Shown here in pieces: positions 28,276-37,848 of a stretch of 64,000 nucleotides of DNA. Position 1 is the stretch's first letter; each line of letters starts with the position of its first letter. Both the position numbers and the translations under genes were made by a program. Source of the stretch: an uncultured Candidatus Berkelbacteria bacterium (GTDB lineage Bacteria > Patescibacteriota > UBA1384 > UBA12157); assembly GCA_903877885.1 (NCBI GenBank), contig CAIRFN010000009.1:8218-72217 (forward strand), in the 5' to 3' direction. The notes below the pieces were generated by a model, which made no database searches, was not told the DNA's origin, and was given only the letters and a program-made list of their open reading frames with translations.

Positions 28276-28830
28276 TTATCGAAGAATGCCGAGTCCCATG
28301 TAAAAACCTTGGGGTTTTGTACAAAGCGGGCATTTGTCTGGAGCGGTTTTGCCTTTGTGAACATAACCGCAGTTTAAACATTTCCATTCGATTTCTTCGT
28401 CTTCTTCAAACATCTTGCCGGCCTCCATGCGATCAACTAATTTTTGATAACGTTCGGCATGCTTTTCTTCGGTTTCAGCAATTTCCTGGAAAAGCTTGGT
28501 TGCCGCTTCGTCGCCTTCTTCTTTAGCTTTATCGCGGAAACCTGGATACATAGTGTCGGTTTCATAGCGTTCGCCTTCGACAGCATGTTTTAAATTGGTT
28601 AAAGTATCAGCCAAGGGATCAATCGTATAAGTATTTGTCATCTCGGTTTTTTCTTTGAGTTGTTCCAACTCCTCTTGAGCGTGAGCCCGTTCATTACCAG
28701 CGGTTTCTTCGAAAACCGCGGCCACCCATTCATAACCTTCCTTGCGAGCGATTTCAGCAAAATAAGTGTATTTGTTGCGAGCCATACTTTCGCCAGCAAT
28801 AGCCTTAAGTAAATTTGATGGTGTTTCCAT
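28276..28830 (-). CDS. rbr: Rubrerythrin with a C-terminal rubredoxin-like domain.
   Basis: Di-iron E..H motifs (ETAGNERAHAQE, AETEEKHAERY). C-terminal CxxC...CxxC. Confidence 0.85.
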   Translation of the reverse strand: METPSNLLKAIAGESMARNKYTYFAEIARKEGYEWVAAVFEETAGNERAHAQEELEQLKEKTEMTNTYTIDPLADTLTNLKHAVEGERYETDTMYPGFRDKAKEEGDEAATKLFQEIAETEEKHAERYQKLVDRMEAGKMFEEDEEIEWKCLNCGYVHKGKTAPDKCPLCTKPQGFYMGLGILR

Positions 28831-28971
28831 GTAACTCCTTTCTTTAATTTATTCTATTATACTACAGTCTATGTATATCATCAAATGCTATTGATTTTTT
28901 TATACGACTTTAAATTGATGTTATACTTGAGTAAATTGGACGCAACTTGAAAATTGGACAAGGAGGACGAT

Positions 28972-29766
28972 ATGAGTGCGGACCATAAATGCGGGATTCA
29001 TCTCTATGATAACAGCCAATACTGTTATCTTCATAAAGCAATCGATTTCAATAATCGCGATGTGGTGAATGCAATTTTAGAGACACGCCATAATTGCGTT
29101 AACGCGACTTTGCAAGACGGTCGATCAGCTTTATATGCGGCGGCCTTCCATAAATGTTTAGAGATTGTTCAAACACTCGTCTGGCATGGCGCTAATATCA
29201 ATGCCAGAGATAGTTTTGACAATACGCCATTACTACTTGCGGCTGGTAGCTCAGATATCGAGTTACTAACTTTTCTTATAGATCATGGAGCTGATACTTG
29301 TTGTGAAAATAGAGCCGGTACTAATATTTGCCATCGTCTGGCGCAATTTAGTAATGTTAGTACGGCTCAAAGGCTTTTTGGTTTATACGGTGATATTCAA
29401 TATCAATTATTGAATCGAGCTGACCATTGCGGTCAAATTCCGCTCCATTATGCCGCTATGCTTGGTCATCTCGAATTAGTCAGCTTCTTTATAAACTGCG
29501 GAGCAAATCCCAATTATCGAAATGCAATGGATCAAACGCCGCTACATGTTGCCGCTATCTGGGGCAAAGTGGAAATAATCGAGGCTTTAATTCACTTTGA
29601 AGTGGCTGACGTTAAGGCTAACTCTTGTGGGATAACCTGGACTGCTTGGCAGTATTTTGAGCAAAATTTCCCTGATCATCAGGACAAAGAAAAAGTCAAG
29701 CAATTACTTTGCCCTCAAAAAATCTACATGCCTAATTTTGAACAATCCGTTTTAACCTGCAAATAA
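28972..29766 (+). CDS. Ankyrin-repeat protein. Start set at the ATG with an AGGAGG RBS; the track ORF starts at 28954.
   Basis: At least four ankyrin repeats (e.g. GANINARDSFDNTPLLLAAGSSDIELLTFLIDHGAD, GANPNYRNAMDQTPLHVAA). Confidence 0.8.
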   Translation: MSADHKCGIHLYDNSQYCYLHKAIDFNNRDVVNAILETRHNCVNATLQDGRSALYAAAFHKCLEIVQTLVWHGANINARDSFDNTPLLLAAGSSDIELLTFLIDHGADTCCENRAGTNICHRLAQFSNVSTAQRLFGLYGDIQYQLLNRADHCGQIPLHYAAMLGHLELVSFFINCGANPNYRNAMDQTPLHVAAIWGKVEIIEALIHFEVADVKANSCGITWTAWQYFEQNFPDHQDKEKVKQLLCPQKIYMPNFEQSVLTCK

Positions 29767-29782
29767 TCCATCTCTTACATAT

Positions 29783-29806
29783 CGGCCCTTAATCGGGCCT
29801 TTTTTA
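29783..29806 (+). terminator. Rho-independent terminator (CGGCCC-ttaat-CGGGCC followed by TTTTTT) after the ankyrin gene.
   Basis: Perfect 6-bp GC stem followed by a T6 run, 17 nt after the stop. Confidence 0.7.
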
Positions 29807-29832
29807 ATTAATAAATTTGTTTTAACAATACT

Positions 29833-29852
29833 ACCCTGGAAGTTACCTTCTG
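29833..29852 (+). repeat. Dispersed intergenic repeat copy 1 (core ACCCTGGAAGTTACCTTCTG).
   Basis: Same core at 45846..45866, 61386..61406 and 62003..62023, all in plus orientation. Confidence 0.6.
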
Positions 29853-29937
29853 ATTAAAATAGAACAAAAAATACAAATTATACAAAAATAGTATCTTTTT
29901 TAGTAGATACTATTTTATGTGAATAAAAGTTTTGGAT

Positions 29938-30141
29938 TTAGTTCTTAATTTCTTTTTCTTTGGAAATGACGTAAATGTAAAGAATTTCTAAAATACCAAC
30001 AGTATTAACCACGAACATAATAACAAACCAGACCAAATCCTTCTTGCCGCCGGCCCTCCAGAGGGCTATACCTTTCCAAATCATAGACCAAATCATCGCT
30101 AAGACGAACAGTGACATCATCCCGGGATTAAATGGATACAT
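29938..30141 (-). CDS. Small two-TM membrane protein.
   Basis: 67 aa, two hydrophobic helices. Downstream of the 30154 membrane-protein gene. Confidence 0.4.
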   Translation of the reverse strand: MYPFNPGMMSLFVLAMIWSMIWKGIALWRAGGKKDLVWFVIMFVVNTVGILEILYIYVISKEKEIKN

Positions 30142-30153
30142 TTTACTCCTTTC

Positions 30154-31161
30154 CTAAATATTTTTATTAAAACCTGGTGGAATAATTTCTGGTTCGCGCT
30201 CGGGGATAAAAAAAGAAATAATGACAAGCAGTAGTCCGATGCCAAAACAAATACCCATCGTTTGAGTAAAGCTACTCGTGAATATCTCTACCAAACCACT
30301 TATAATTGGGTAGACAAATTGGCTGACAAGATTATTCATACCGGGGAAATGTGACAAAATAATATTCAAGCCGTCAAAATAAAACAGGCTAAAACAAATC
30401 GTCAAAAGACTGGTGCCTAAGAGGATCGACAAGCCAATCCAGCGAAAAATTGAACGCCAGTCAGGCGTACCCAAGGCGATTAATGACAATGCTGTTCCCA
30501 GCAAGCCCAAGAGTGAAGCCCAGAAAATAAGATTCAACCAAGAATAGTCTTTTTGTAACTGGCTAAAAGACGTTTTATTTTTATTAAAAAAATCATCAAG
30601 CTTAATCTGATCAGGAATATTCTTACTCAATTCGGTTGGATTAGTATTGGCAACAATAGTAGAGATTGCGCTAGACGTTAGATCATCGTGCTTACAATCA
30701 ATCGGTAAAGAATTATTCTGGACAAACTTTTCTTGTTGTTCAGTCGTGCAAGCTGGTAGTTGATCGTAGCTTTCACTGTAAATTTGCGGTGCAGTCGTTG
30801 ACCATTTGGCAACAAAATCAGCCTTGAATTTGGTTAAATCAATTAAAGCAGCCTGATCATATTTTTTTTGCGTTAGATAATTTTGAGTTGTTTTGATTGA
30901 ACTTTCAGTTTGAGCTTGAAGTTCGGCGGGATCTAGGCTTTGAACTAAAATCTTAATAAAGCCCGTATAACCTAAATCAGATTTGATCGTTTTCTGATCA
31001 ATTACCTGACTAGGTATTTTTTGATAGACCTGGGCTTTAGCTAAACTTTTAATAATAAAATCAGATTCTAACCAATATTTAGTCTGACCAGAGATTACAA
31101 ATAGACCAAAAAAGAGAACGAAAAAGAAAACGGCTATTCCAGCTAATGTTTTATAACGCAT
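30154..31161 (-). CDS. Integral membrane hypothetical protein.
   Basis: N-terminal signal/TM segment. Large periplasmic-like region. About four C-terminal TM helices. Confidence 0.5.
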   Translation of the reverse strand: MRYKTLAGIAVFFFVLFFGLFVISGQTKYWLESDFIIKSLAKAQVYQKIPSQVIDQKTIKSDLGYTGFIKILVQSLDPAELQAQTESSIKTTQNYLTQKKYDQAALIDLTKFKADFVAKWSTTAPQIYSESYDQLPACTTEQQEKFVQNNSLPIDCKHDDLTSSAISTIVANTNPTELSKNIPDQIKLDDFFNKNKTSFSQLQKDYSWLNLIFWASLLGLLGTALSLIALGTPDWRSIFRWIGLSILLGTSLLTICFSLFYFDGLNIILSHFPGMNNLVSQFVYPIISGLVEIFTSSFTQTMGICFGIGLLLVIISFFIPEREPEIIPPGFNKNI

Positions 31162-31185
31162 TTATAACCCCTCTAATTTATATAA

Positions 31186-33696
31186 TTACTCTTTAATTTT
31201 GCGCCGAGTTGTGGCTTTTGTAAAGATGATATTATGATCGGAAATTTTAATATTGATTGTATCTCCTGGTTCAAATTTATTATCAAGAATCTGTTCAGAC
31301 AGCGGACTTTCGATATAATCAGCAATCGCTCGTCGAATCGGCCTGGCACCAAACTCTGGTTCGTAGCCACGAATCACTATTTCCGCAATTACCTCTTTCG
31401 AAAATTTGATTTTATAGCCATGTTTATGTAATCGTTCAGCTAATTCTTCGAGATTTAAATTAGCAATTTCGATAATATTATCCATGCTTAATGGTTTAAA
31501 AACCACTGTTTTATCCAGTCGATTTAAAAACTCCGGGCGAAAGTTATCTTTAACTTTCTTTAAAACCTCGTGCTTCATTTTTTCATATTCATTAGCGCGG
31601 TCATCTTCAGCTTTTTTGGTCGTAAAGCCAATCGCCACTTGAGATTTTAATTCTTGCATCCCAATATTGCTGGTCAAAATAATGATTGTATTTTTGAAAC
31701 TCACCTTTCGACCACGACCATCAGTTAATTGACCATCTTCTAAAATCTGAAGTAAGAGATTAAAAACCTCGCGATCAGCTTTTTCAATCTCGTCAAAAAG
31801 AACGATGGAATATGGTTTTTGCCGTACTTCTTCAGTTAACTTTCCGGCATCCTCGTAACCAACATATCCTGGAGGCGCGCCAACAAGCCTGGAAACATTG
31901 TGGTGTTCCATAAATTCTGACATATCAATTTTGATTAAATTAGTACGCGAACCGAACAATTCTTCAGCCAAAACGCGAGAAAGTTCGGTTTTTCCCACTC
32001 CAGTTGGGCCGAGAAATAGAAACGAACCAATTGGCCGATTTGGATCAGATAAACCAGTTTTAGATCGTTTGATGGCTGACGAAATCATTTCCACGGCTTC
32101 ATCTTGACCAATAATTTTCTTTTTTAAATTTTCCGCCAATTTGGCATATTTTTCTTTTTCTTCAATTTTCAAGCTTTCCACTGGAATATTTGTCCAGAGT
32201 GCTAAAACTTTGGCAATATCTTCTCGCGTAATTTCATCTTTAAGAATAGGTTTAGCTTTTTGCAAAACTTGAAGTTCTTCTTCTAAACGGATTTCCAAAG
32301 TCCGTAAATGAGCCGCTTTGGCGAAATTTTCGACTTCGACTTCTTTTTCTTTTTCCAACTTAACCTGATCTAATTGTTTTTGAATTAACTGACGTTGCAA
32401 TTCACCTTTATCTTCATGTTTGATCTGCCAGGCTGAAGCAGCTTCATCAATCAAATCGATTGCCTTATCAGGTAAAAATCGATCGTTAATGTAGCGAACT
32501 GAAAATTCCACTGCTGCTTTTACTGCATCGTCAGAGATTTTCACCCCGTGATGAGCTTCGAAAGCTGGTTTGATGCCTTTGAGAATCTGAACAGTTTCTT
32601 CTTCACTTGGCTCGTTGACCGTAACTTTTTGTAAACGTCGTTCGAGCGCTGAATCTTTTTCAATAAATTTGCGGTATTCGTTAAAAGTCGTTGCCCCAAC
32701 TAATCTTAATTTGCCTTTGCTTAAGGCTGGCTTCAAAATATTGGCAACATCTAATGAACCTTCAGCTGTACCAGCACCAATAATAGTATGAATTTCGTCG
32801 ATAAATAAAATCACATTGCCACGATTAATAATTTCGTCGAGAACTTTTTTGATTCTGTCTTCAAACTGACCGCGATACATTGTTCCAGCAATCAAAAGCG
32901 CCAAATCCAGCATAATCACTTGTTTGTTTAAAAATTTGCCCGGGACATTACCTTCAACAATTCGACGAGCCAAACCTTCAACAATCGCGGTTTTACCGAC
33001 CCCTGGTTCGCCAACTAAAACAGGATTATTCTTAGTTCTTCGACCCAAAATTTGGGTCACACGTTCAATTTCGTGATCGCGGCCAACTACTGGATCAATT
33101 TTCCCTTGTTTAGCTAGTTCCGTTAAATCAGTGGTAAAACTTTCGACATTAACCTTGCTCGCACCTGGAAACATCGGCATTTCAGTTGGCATTTGATTTG
33201 GCGGCATTTGAAAATTGAAAGGCAGATCGCCAATAGCTTTTGGATTATCTTCTAAATCTTCCATTTCTTCAAAAAACCCGCGAATCTGATCAATAATTTG
33301 ATTCGGATCTGAACCAATTCGATCAACCACCTCGGTTGCATGAAATTTTTCTTCGGAAATAATCCCAGCTAATAAATGCTCGGTGTCAATTTGATTATGA
33401 CCATATTCGGCCGCTACTTCAGCCGCCGCTTTGAGTGCGTCTTTGGCTTCAGCGGTCATGCCTGGCGCTGGTTCTTTGGTAAAATGTTGCAACGAAACAA
33501 TCAGTCTAATCTGATCTAGACCAACCATTTGTTCTCGCAAAATACTTTGAGCCAAAGTTTTAGGTGTAATTGCCAGAGCCAACAAAATGTGTTCACTGCC
33601 CAAGGCAGTCCCCATTTGACCGGCAATTTTCTGAGCCGAAATTAAAATTTTGCGAGCGTTTTGGGAAAACTTATCAAAAATCTCATGATCACTCAT
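31186..33696 (-). CDS. clpC: Clp/Hsp100 ATPase ClpC-like (Clp_N repeats, two AAA+ modules, IGF loop).
   Basis: Walker A motifs GEPGVGKT and GPTGVGKT. Clp_N repeats. AIGF motif. Confidence 0.9.
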   Translation of the reverse strand: MSDHEIFDKFSQNARKILISAQKIAGQMGTALGSEHILLALAITPKTLAQSILREQMVGLDQIRLIVSLQHFTKEPAPGMTAEAKDALKAAAEVAAEYGHNQIDTEHLLAGIISEEKFHATEVVDRIGSDPNQIIDQIRGFFEEMEDLEDNPKAIGDLPFNFQMPPNQMPTEMPMFPGASKVNVESFTTDLTELAKQGKIDPVVGRDHEIERVTQILGRRTKNNPVLVGEPGVGKTAIVEGLARRIVEGNVPGKFLNKQVIMLDLALLIAGTMYRGQFEDRIKKVLDEIINRGNVILFIDEIHTIIGAGTAEGSLDVANILKPALSKGKLRLVGATTFNEYRKFIEKDSALERRLQKVTVNEPSEEETVQILKGIKPAFEAHHGVKISDDAVKAAVEFSVRYINDRFLPDKAIDLIDEAASAWQIKHEDKGELQRQLIQKQLDQVKLEKEKEVEVENFAKAAHLRTLEIRLEEELQVLQKAKPILKDEITREDIAKVLALWTNIPVESLKIEEKEKYAKLAENLKKKIIGQDEAVEMISSAIKRSKTGLSDPNRPIGSFLFLGPTGVGKTELSRVLAEELFGSRTNLIKIDMSEFMEHHNVSRLVGAPPGYVGYEDAGKLTEEVRQKPYSIVLFDEIEKADREVFNLLLQILEDGQLTDGRGRKVSFKNTIIILTSNIGMQELKSQVAIGFTTKKAEDDRANEYEKMKHEVLKKVKDNFRPEFLNRLDKTVVFKPLSMDNIIEIANLNLEELAERLHKHGYKIKFSKEVIAEIVIRGYEPEFGARPIRRAIADYIESPLSEQILDNKFEPGDTINIKISDHNIIFTKATTRRKIKE

Positions 33697-33733
33697 ATAT
33701 ATTCAATCCAATTCTAAAATTTAAATCAACAAT

Positions 33734-34969
33734 TTATTCAACAATAGGAGTTTCATCTACGGCTGGTTCTTCAACAGTTTCTTCTACGGCTGGTTCAACA
33801 GTAATAACTTCATCTTGAACATCATCGATTGGTTTTTCAATCGCATCGATATCGATTTCTTTTTTGGCTTTTTTGGCTTTTGTCTTCTTTTCTTCGGCTT
33901 TTTCTTCTTCAGTGCCTTCATTTACCTGTTCCACTTTTTCAAAATCCAAGCTCCAACCAGTTAATTTGGAAGCCAGGCGAACATTTTGACCACCAGTACC
34001 GATAGCCAAGGAGAATTGATCATCTGGAACCATAACTTTCGCCCGTTTTTCGGCTTTATTTAGTTCAACCGAAGCAACTTTTGCCGGGCTCAAAGCATTG
34101 ATAATATATTTCTTGTCATCTTCATTCCAAAGAATAATATCGATTTTTTCCTCGCCAAGTTCAGCTAAAATCGCTTGAATACGGGAACCACGTTGACCAA
34201 CACAACTTCCAACTGGATCAAGACCTTCTTGATCGGTGTAAACTGCGACTTTACTGCGGCTTCCAGCCTCACGTGCAATATCTTTAATAATCACATTGCC
34301 GGCGGCAATTTCCGGCACTTCATTTTCAAACAAACCTTGAACTAAACCTGGTTCGGTACGGCTAACCAAAATCCGCGGGCCGCGACTAGATTCTTCAACG
34401 GCTTTGACATAGACCTTTAAGCGTTGACCGGAATAATAGCGTTCATTTTTAACCTGATCAAATGGCAAAATCACGCCGTTTACTTTACCTAAATCAATCA
34501 CCACATTACCGTTTTCAATCTGTTGAATTACTCCATTGATAAGCTGACCTTCTTTTTCTTTGAATTCCGAAAACAGCATGTCGCGTTCAGTTTCGCGCAG
34601 GCGTTGAGTAATAACTTGTTTAGCGGTTTGAGCCGCAATTCGACCGAATTCCGAGTGAGTTTCGAGTGGAAATTCAACGGCATCGCCGACTTCAGCTTTT
34701 TTGTTAATCTTACGAATTTCGCTCAAGGTTTTTTGTGCTTCTGGTTCTTCAACTTCTTCTAGAGTTTCGACTACATTAAAAACGCGGGCGAATTTTGTTT
34801 CTCCAGTTTCCGGATCAAGTTTAGCAATGATAATTTGGCCTGGTTCACCGTAATCTTTTCGATAAGCGGCAGCTAAAGCGGCTTCGATTGTTTCGATGAC
34901 GGAATCTTTAGAAATTCCTTTTTCATCGCAAATTTGGTTGATCGCGGCGATAAATGGTGATGTAGCCAT
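33734..34969 (-). CDS. nusA: Transcription termination/antitermination factor NusA with an acidic C-terminal tail.
   Basis: N-terminal domain, S1 domain and two KH domains (SLAIGTGGQNVRLASKLTGW). Confidence 0.9.
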   Translation of the reverse strand: MATSPFIAAINQICDEKGISKDSVIETIEAALAAAYRKDYGEPGQIIIAKLDPETGETKFARVFNVVETLEEVEEPEAQKTLSEIRKINKKAEVGDAVEFPLETHSEFGRIAAQTAKQVITQRLRETERDMLFSEFKEKEGQLINGVIQQIENGNVVIDLGKVNGVILPFDQVKNERYYSGQRLKVYVKAVEESSRGPRILVSRTEPGLVQGLFENEVPEIAAGNVIIKDIAREAGSRSKVAVYTDQEGLDPVGSCVGQRGSRIQAILAELGEEKIDIILWNEDDKKYIINALSPAKVASVELNKAEKRAKVMVPDDQFSLAIGTGGQNVRLASKLTGWSLDFEKVEQVNEGTEEEKAEEKKTKAKKAKKEIDIDAIEKPIDDVQDEVITVEPAVEETVEEPAVDETPIVE

Positions 34970-35126
34970 GATTTTTAGTCTCCTGTATGTAAAGAACGCT
35001 TTACATTTCTTAATTTAATTTTATTATTTTTGTAGTTGCATGTCAATAATTAAATTGGCAACAAAAAAAGTAGGTTATCCATAACCTACTTCACTAGTAC
35101 TATTATATAGCAATTTTTTTGTCTTG

Positions 35127-35840
35127 TCAATTTTTTAGTTCTTTAAATACTTCTGGTCTAATTTTAGCGGCGCGGCCAACAAGAACGCCGTCGAGATTAC
35201 CAAGTTTGGTTTTGAGATCTTCGCTGGTTTTAATATCGCCGCTACCTAAAATTATTAAGTCCGGAAAATGCTTTCTAATCTCATGAATTTTTTTATAATC
35301 AGCCTCTCCCCGATATTTTTGGGTTAAAGTGCGGCCGTGGATGGCAACCATTTGGATGCCAGCGCGCTCGGCTCTATTAATAAAATCGATCGTATCACCA
35401 ATATTGTCATTTAAACGGATTTTTATACTCAAAGGCGTAGTTTTAAGAGCAGATTTGACGGCTTTAATAATTTGGATTGCCTTTTTAGTATCACGAAGTA
35501 GTACCGCGCCAAAACCTTGTTTGGTTGCTTTTTGGACCGGACAACCAAAATTAATATCAATGCCGTCAGGTGCATATTCAGTTTCAATAATTTGTGCCGC
35601 TTGTGCCATACTTTCCGGATTTGAACCAAAGATTTGCAAAATCACCGGCCGTTCGGCCTTAGTAAATTCTAACTGCGATAAGACAGCTGGTACTCTTCTA
35701 ATAATTCCTTCAGCAGCCACCATTTCCGAATAAACCAAATCCGCGCCGAAATTTCTGCACTTCAAACGAAATTCACTGTTGGTGAACCCATGCATCGGCG
35801 CCAAGGCAATAATCGGCTTTGGTAAATCTAAATAGGACAT
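35127..35840 (-). CDS. dus: tRNA-dihydrouridine synthase (catalytic TIM-barrel only, short form).
   Basis: IALAPMHGFTNSEFR...DINFGCP...GFGAVLL Dus motifs. Confidence 0.85.
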   Translation of the reverse strand: MSYLDLPKPIIALAPMHGFTNSEFRLKCRNFGADLVYSEMVAAEGIIRRVPAVLSQLEFTKAERPVILQIFGSNPESMAQAAQIIETEYAPDGIDINFGCPVQKATKQGFGAVLLRDTKKAIQIIKAVKSALKTTPLSIKIRLNDNIGDTIDFINRAERAGIQMVAIHGRTLTQKYRGEADYKKIHEIRKHFPDLIILGSGDIKTSEDLKTKLGNLDGVLVGRAAKIRPEVFKELKN

Positions 35841-35880
35841 TGGAATTAGTATACCTTAAAATAGTATTTTTATCAATCGA

Positions 35881-35925
35881 TTCCTAACCGTTCCATACAC
35901 CTCGTAGGTGTATCAATTGGTTTGC
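35881..35925 (+). repeat. REP-like element copy a (TTCCATACACCT-cgt-AGGTGTATCAATTGG hairpin with conserved flanks).
   Basis: 8-bp stem ATACACCT/AGGTGTAT with loop CGT. Same element at 36811..36855 (same orientation) and 37532..37570 (inverted). Confidence 0.65.
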
Positions 35926-35965
35926 TAATCGAGAAATAAAAAAACCTCCCGTAAGGAAGGTTGTA

Positions 35966-36727
35966 CTAATAATGATATAATTCTAGCGGGACTGGAAAAT
36001 TACCAGTCAAATATGCGACAACGGCTCGAGCATGGAGTTCAAATAATTCTGACTCAGTTACATCAATTTGCCAATACTTCGATTTGTCATTGATAACAAT
36101 ATTGTAAGTTGGGAATGAGTTATATCCGTTATACATTGAATCTAGCACTGAAAAGTTGCAAAGATTATTTGTACCCAGATAATAATATTTTGACTTTTGA
36201 TGAAAAAGTCTAAAGCCTAATGATGTATGTAGCCAGAAATTGTCAAAATATGTTTTTTGCAAACTTTCAATTGTTGAATCTTCGTAAATCGCAATTGATG
36301 TGCAAGCAGTAAGAAAAACAACAGCTAACTCGTGAATTTGACTTTCAATATTTATCAGCATTAGTTCTCTAATATTTACACTGAAAATATTATGAAAGTC
36401 ATTATCCGTTTCGGCGCATTCAAATTTAATTAAACTCGGTTGACTGAATTCATAGGGCTTTTGTTTTTTAACTAAACCGCCCAATAAATTGGAAATCATC
36501 TGTAAATTATTTTTTAAAGCCTGGTTTTTGTCATCAACATCAGCTAAATACAAAAAGTATTTTTTAACTTCATTAGGCGGCATTCGATTAAAATGCTTGT
36601 AGTCAGTCTTGGGTATCTCAATTGAAATACCAGGACAAATAATTAGATAAGAATTTTCCAATTCTAAAGTCAGACGATAATAATTGGCGTTTTTAACAAC
36701 GCATTTTGCATAATCACGCAAATCCAT
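35966..36727 (-). CDS. Hypothetical protein lying between two direct REP-like copies next to the RAYT.
   Basis: 253-aa ORF. Own terminator-like hairpin ccttcc-ttac-gggagg plus U6 on the minus strand (35936-35960). No recognisable domain. Confidence 0.5.
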   Translation of the reverse strand: MDLRDYAKCVVKNANYYRLTLELENSYLIICPGISIEIPKTDYKHFNRMPPNEVKKYFLYLADVDDKNQALKNNLQMISNLLGGLVKKQKPYEFSQPSLIKFECAETDNDFHNIFSVNIRELMLINIESQIHELAVVFLTACTSIAIYEDSTIESLQKTYFDNFWLHTSLGFRLFHQKSKYYYLGTNNLCNFSVLDSMYNGYNSFPTYNIVINDKSKYWQIDVTESELFELHARAVVAYLTGNFPVPLELYHY

Positions 36728-36810
36728 CAGAATTCTCCTTTGTTCAGGTTCTGGTGATATTTTAACATAGAATAATTAAATTGTAAACCAGTAAATACTA
36801 TATTCCCCAA

Positions 36811-36855
36811 TTTCTAACCCTTCCATCCACCTCGTAGGTGTATCAATAGGTTAGA
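36811..36855 (+). repeat. REP-like element copy b; overlaps the RAYT stop codon.
   Basis: tttctaacccttccatccacctcgtaggtgtatcaatagg. Confidence 0.65.
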
Positions 36856-37514
36856 TAATCAAGTAAAATCTTTTTAATAATTTTTAGTTCACGTTGATAA
36901 GAAATTCGGTCATCAACAAAATCCTTATATTTTTCTGGTGCAAAATCCATTAAATTATCTAAATTACAAATTTTTCGAGTATATGGCATAATATATTCAT
37001 TATATGACGAGTATTCATAATCTTCTGGTTTATCGACCAAATTGGCCGTGACAGGGTTTAGATGGATATATCGCGTCGTGTGCAACAATTGTTCATCATC
37101 TTCGATATGCTTGTTTTTAAACCGACTTTCCCAAAGAGGACCAATTCTATCGTGTTTAATATTAAAATACCGGCTATAACTATTCAGAACCTTAGACATG
37201 AAATTGGAAATTCCGCCATCTTCAAGTTGCTGTAGTACTAAATGAATATGAGTGGGCATAATACAAAATGCAATGATATCAACCGATCGGTTGCCATTTC
37301 TATGTAATTCATTAATAATTCTTGTTTGAGTCGAAATTGCTAATCGCTTAAACATATGATATTTATAGCAAAAATCCTTGTATTGAAAAAGATTCAGCAT
37401 TTCAACCAATCTTAAATAGTCATAATCATTATTAAATATAATGTACTTAGCGATACTTCGAGTAAAAATATGGTAGCATTCATTAGTTCTTAATGGATCT
37501 GTTCTGTATTGCAT
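36843..37514 (-). CDS. REP-associated tyrosine transposase (RAYT / TnpA_REP, IS200-like Y1 HuH enzyme).
   Basis: Conserved CYHIFTRSI block. HuH motif IMPTHIHLVLQ. Catalytic-Tyr motif TRYIHLNPVTANLV. Flanked by inverted REP-like hairpins. RBS GGAGGGG. Confidence 0.7.
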   Translation of the reverse strand: MQYRTDPLRTNECYHIFTRSIAKYIIFNNDYDYLRLVEMLNLFQYKDFCYKYHMFKRLAISTQTRIINELHRNGNRSVDIIAFCIMPTHIHLVLQQLEDGGISNFMSKVLNSYSRYFNIKHDRIGPLWESRFKNKHIEDDEQLLHTTRYIHLNPVTANLVDKPEDYEYSSYNEYIMPYTRKICNLDNLMDFAPEKYKDFVDDRISYQRELKIIKKILLDYLTY

Positions 37515-37531
37515 TTCCCCTCCTTATCCAA

Positions 37532-37570
37532 CCAATTGATACACCTACGAGGTGTATGGAAAGGTTAAGA
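37532..37570 (-). repeat. REP-like element copy c, inverted relative to copies a and b and immediately upstream of the RAYT start.
   Basis: ccaattgatacacctacgaggtgtatggaaaggttaaga. Reverse complement matches copies a and b including flanks. Confidence 0.65.
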
Positions 37571-37591
37571 AAAAACCACCAATGATGGTGG
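37569..37591 (-). terminator. Rho-independent terminator (CCACCA-tcat-TGGTGG plus U6 on the minus strand) after the Cys-rich gene.
   Basis: Same hairpin family as the terminators at 10565 and 12155. Confidence 0.55.
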
Positions 37592-37608
37592 AGTTTTCTG
37601 TGGACGAA

Positions 37609-37848
37609 TTATTCTTTTTCGTCTTCTTTTTCGTCTTCGTCGTCGTGTTTGTGGCAGGAGGCGCAGCAGCCGGAACAGCCTTCGTCTTCGTTTTCATCGA
37701 GCTCGTTGTCGGCTTCGGCTTTAGCAGTGCAACCGCATTCGCAATCATCATCGCAGTTGCAGCAGTGAATACAAACACCTTTTTCGCACTTGCATTCGGT
37801 TTTTTCATCGAGCGGCATTCCGCACGCACATTTGGTATCGTCAGACAT
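37609..37848 (-). CDS. Cysteine-rich small protein, metallothionein-like (79 aa, about 18 Cys, acidic C-terminal tail).
   Basis: MSDDTKCACGMPLDEKTECKCEKGVCIHCCNCDDDCECGC...GCSGCCASCHKHDDEDEKEDEKE. RBS AAGAAAGGA 5 nt upstream of ATG. Terminator follows. Competing overlapping frames are low-complexity artefacts. Confidence 0.55.
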   Translation of the reverse strand: MSDDTKCACGMPLDEKTECKCEKGVCIHCCNCDDDCECGCTAKAEADNELDENEDEGCSGCCASCHKHDDEDEKEDEKE

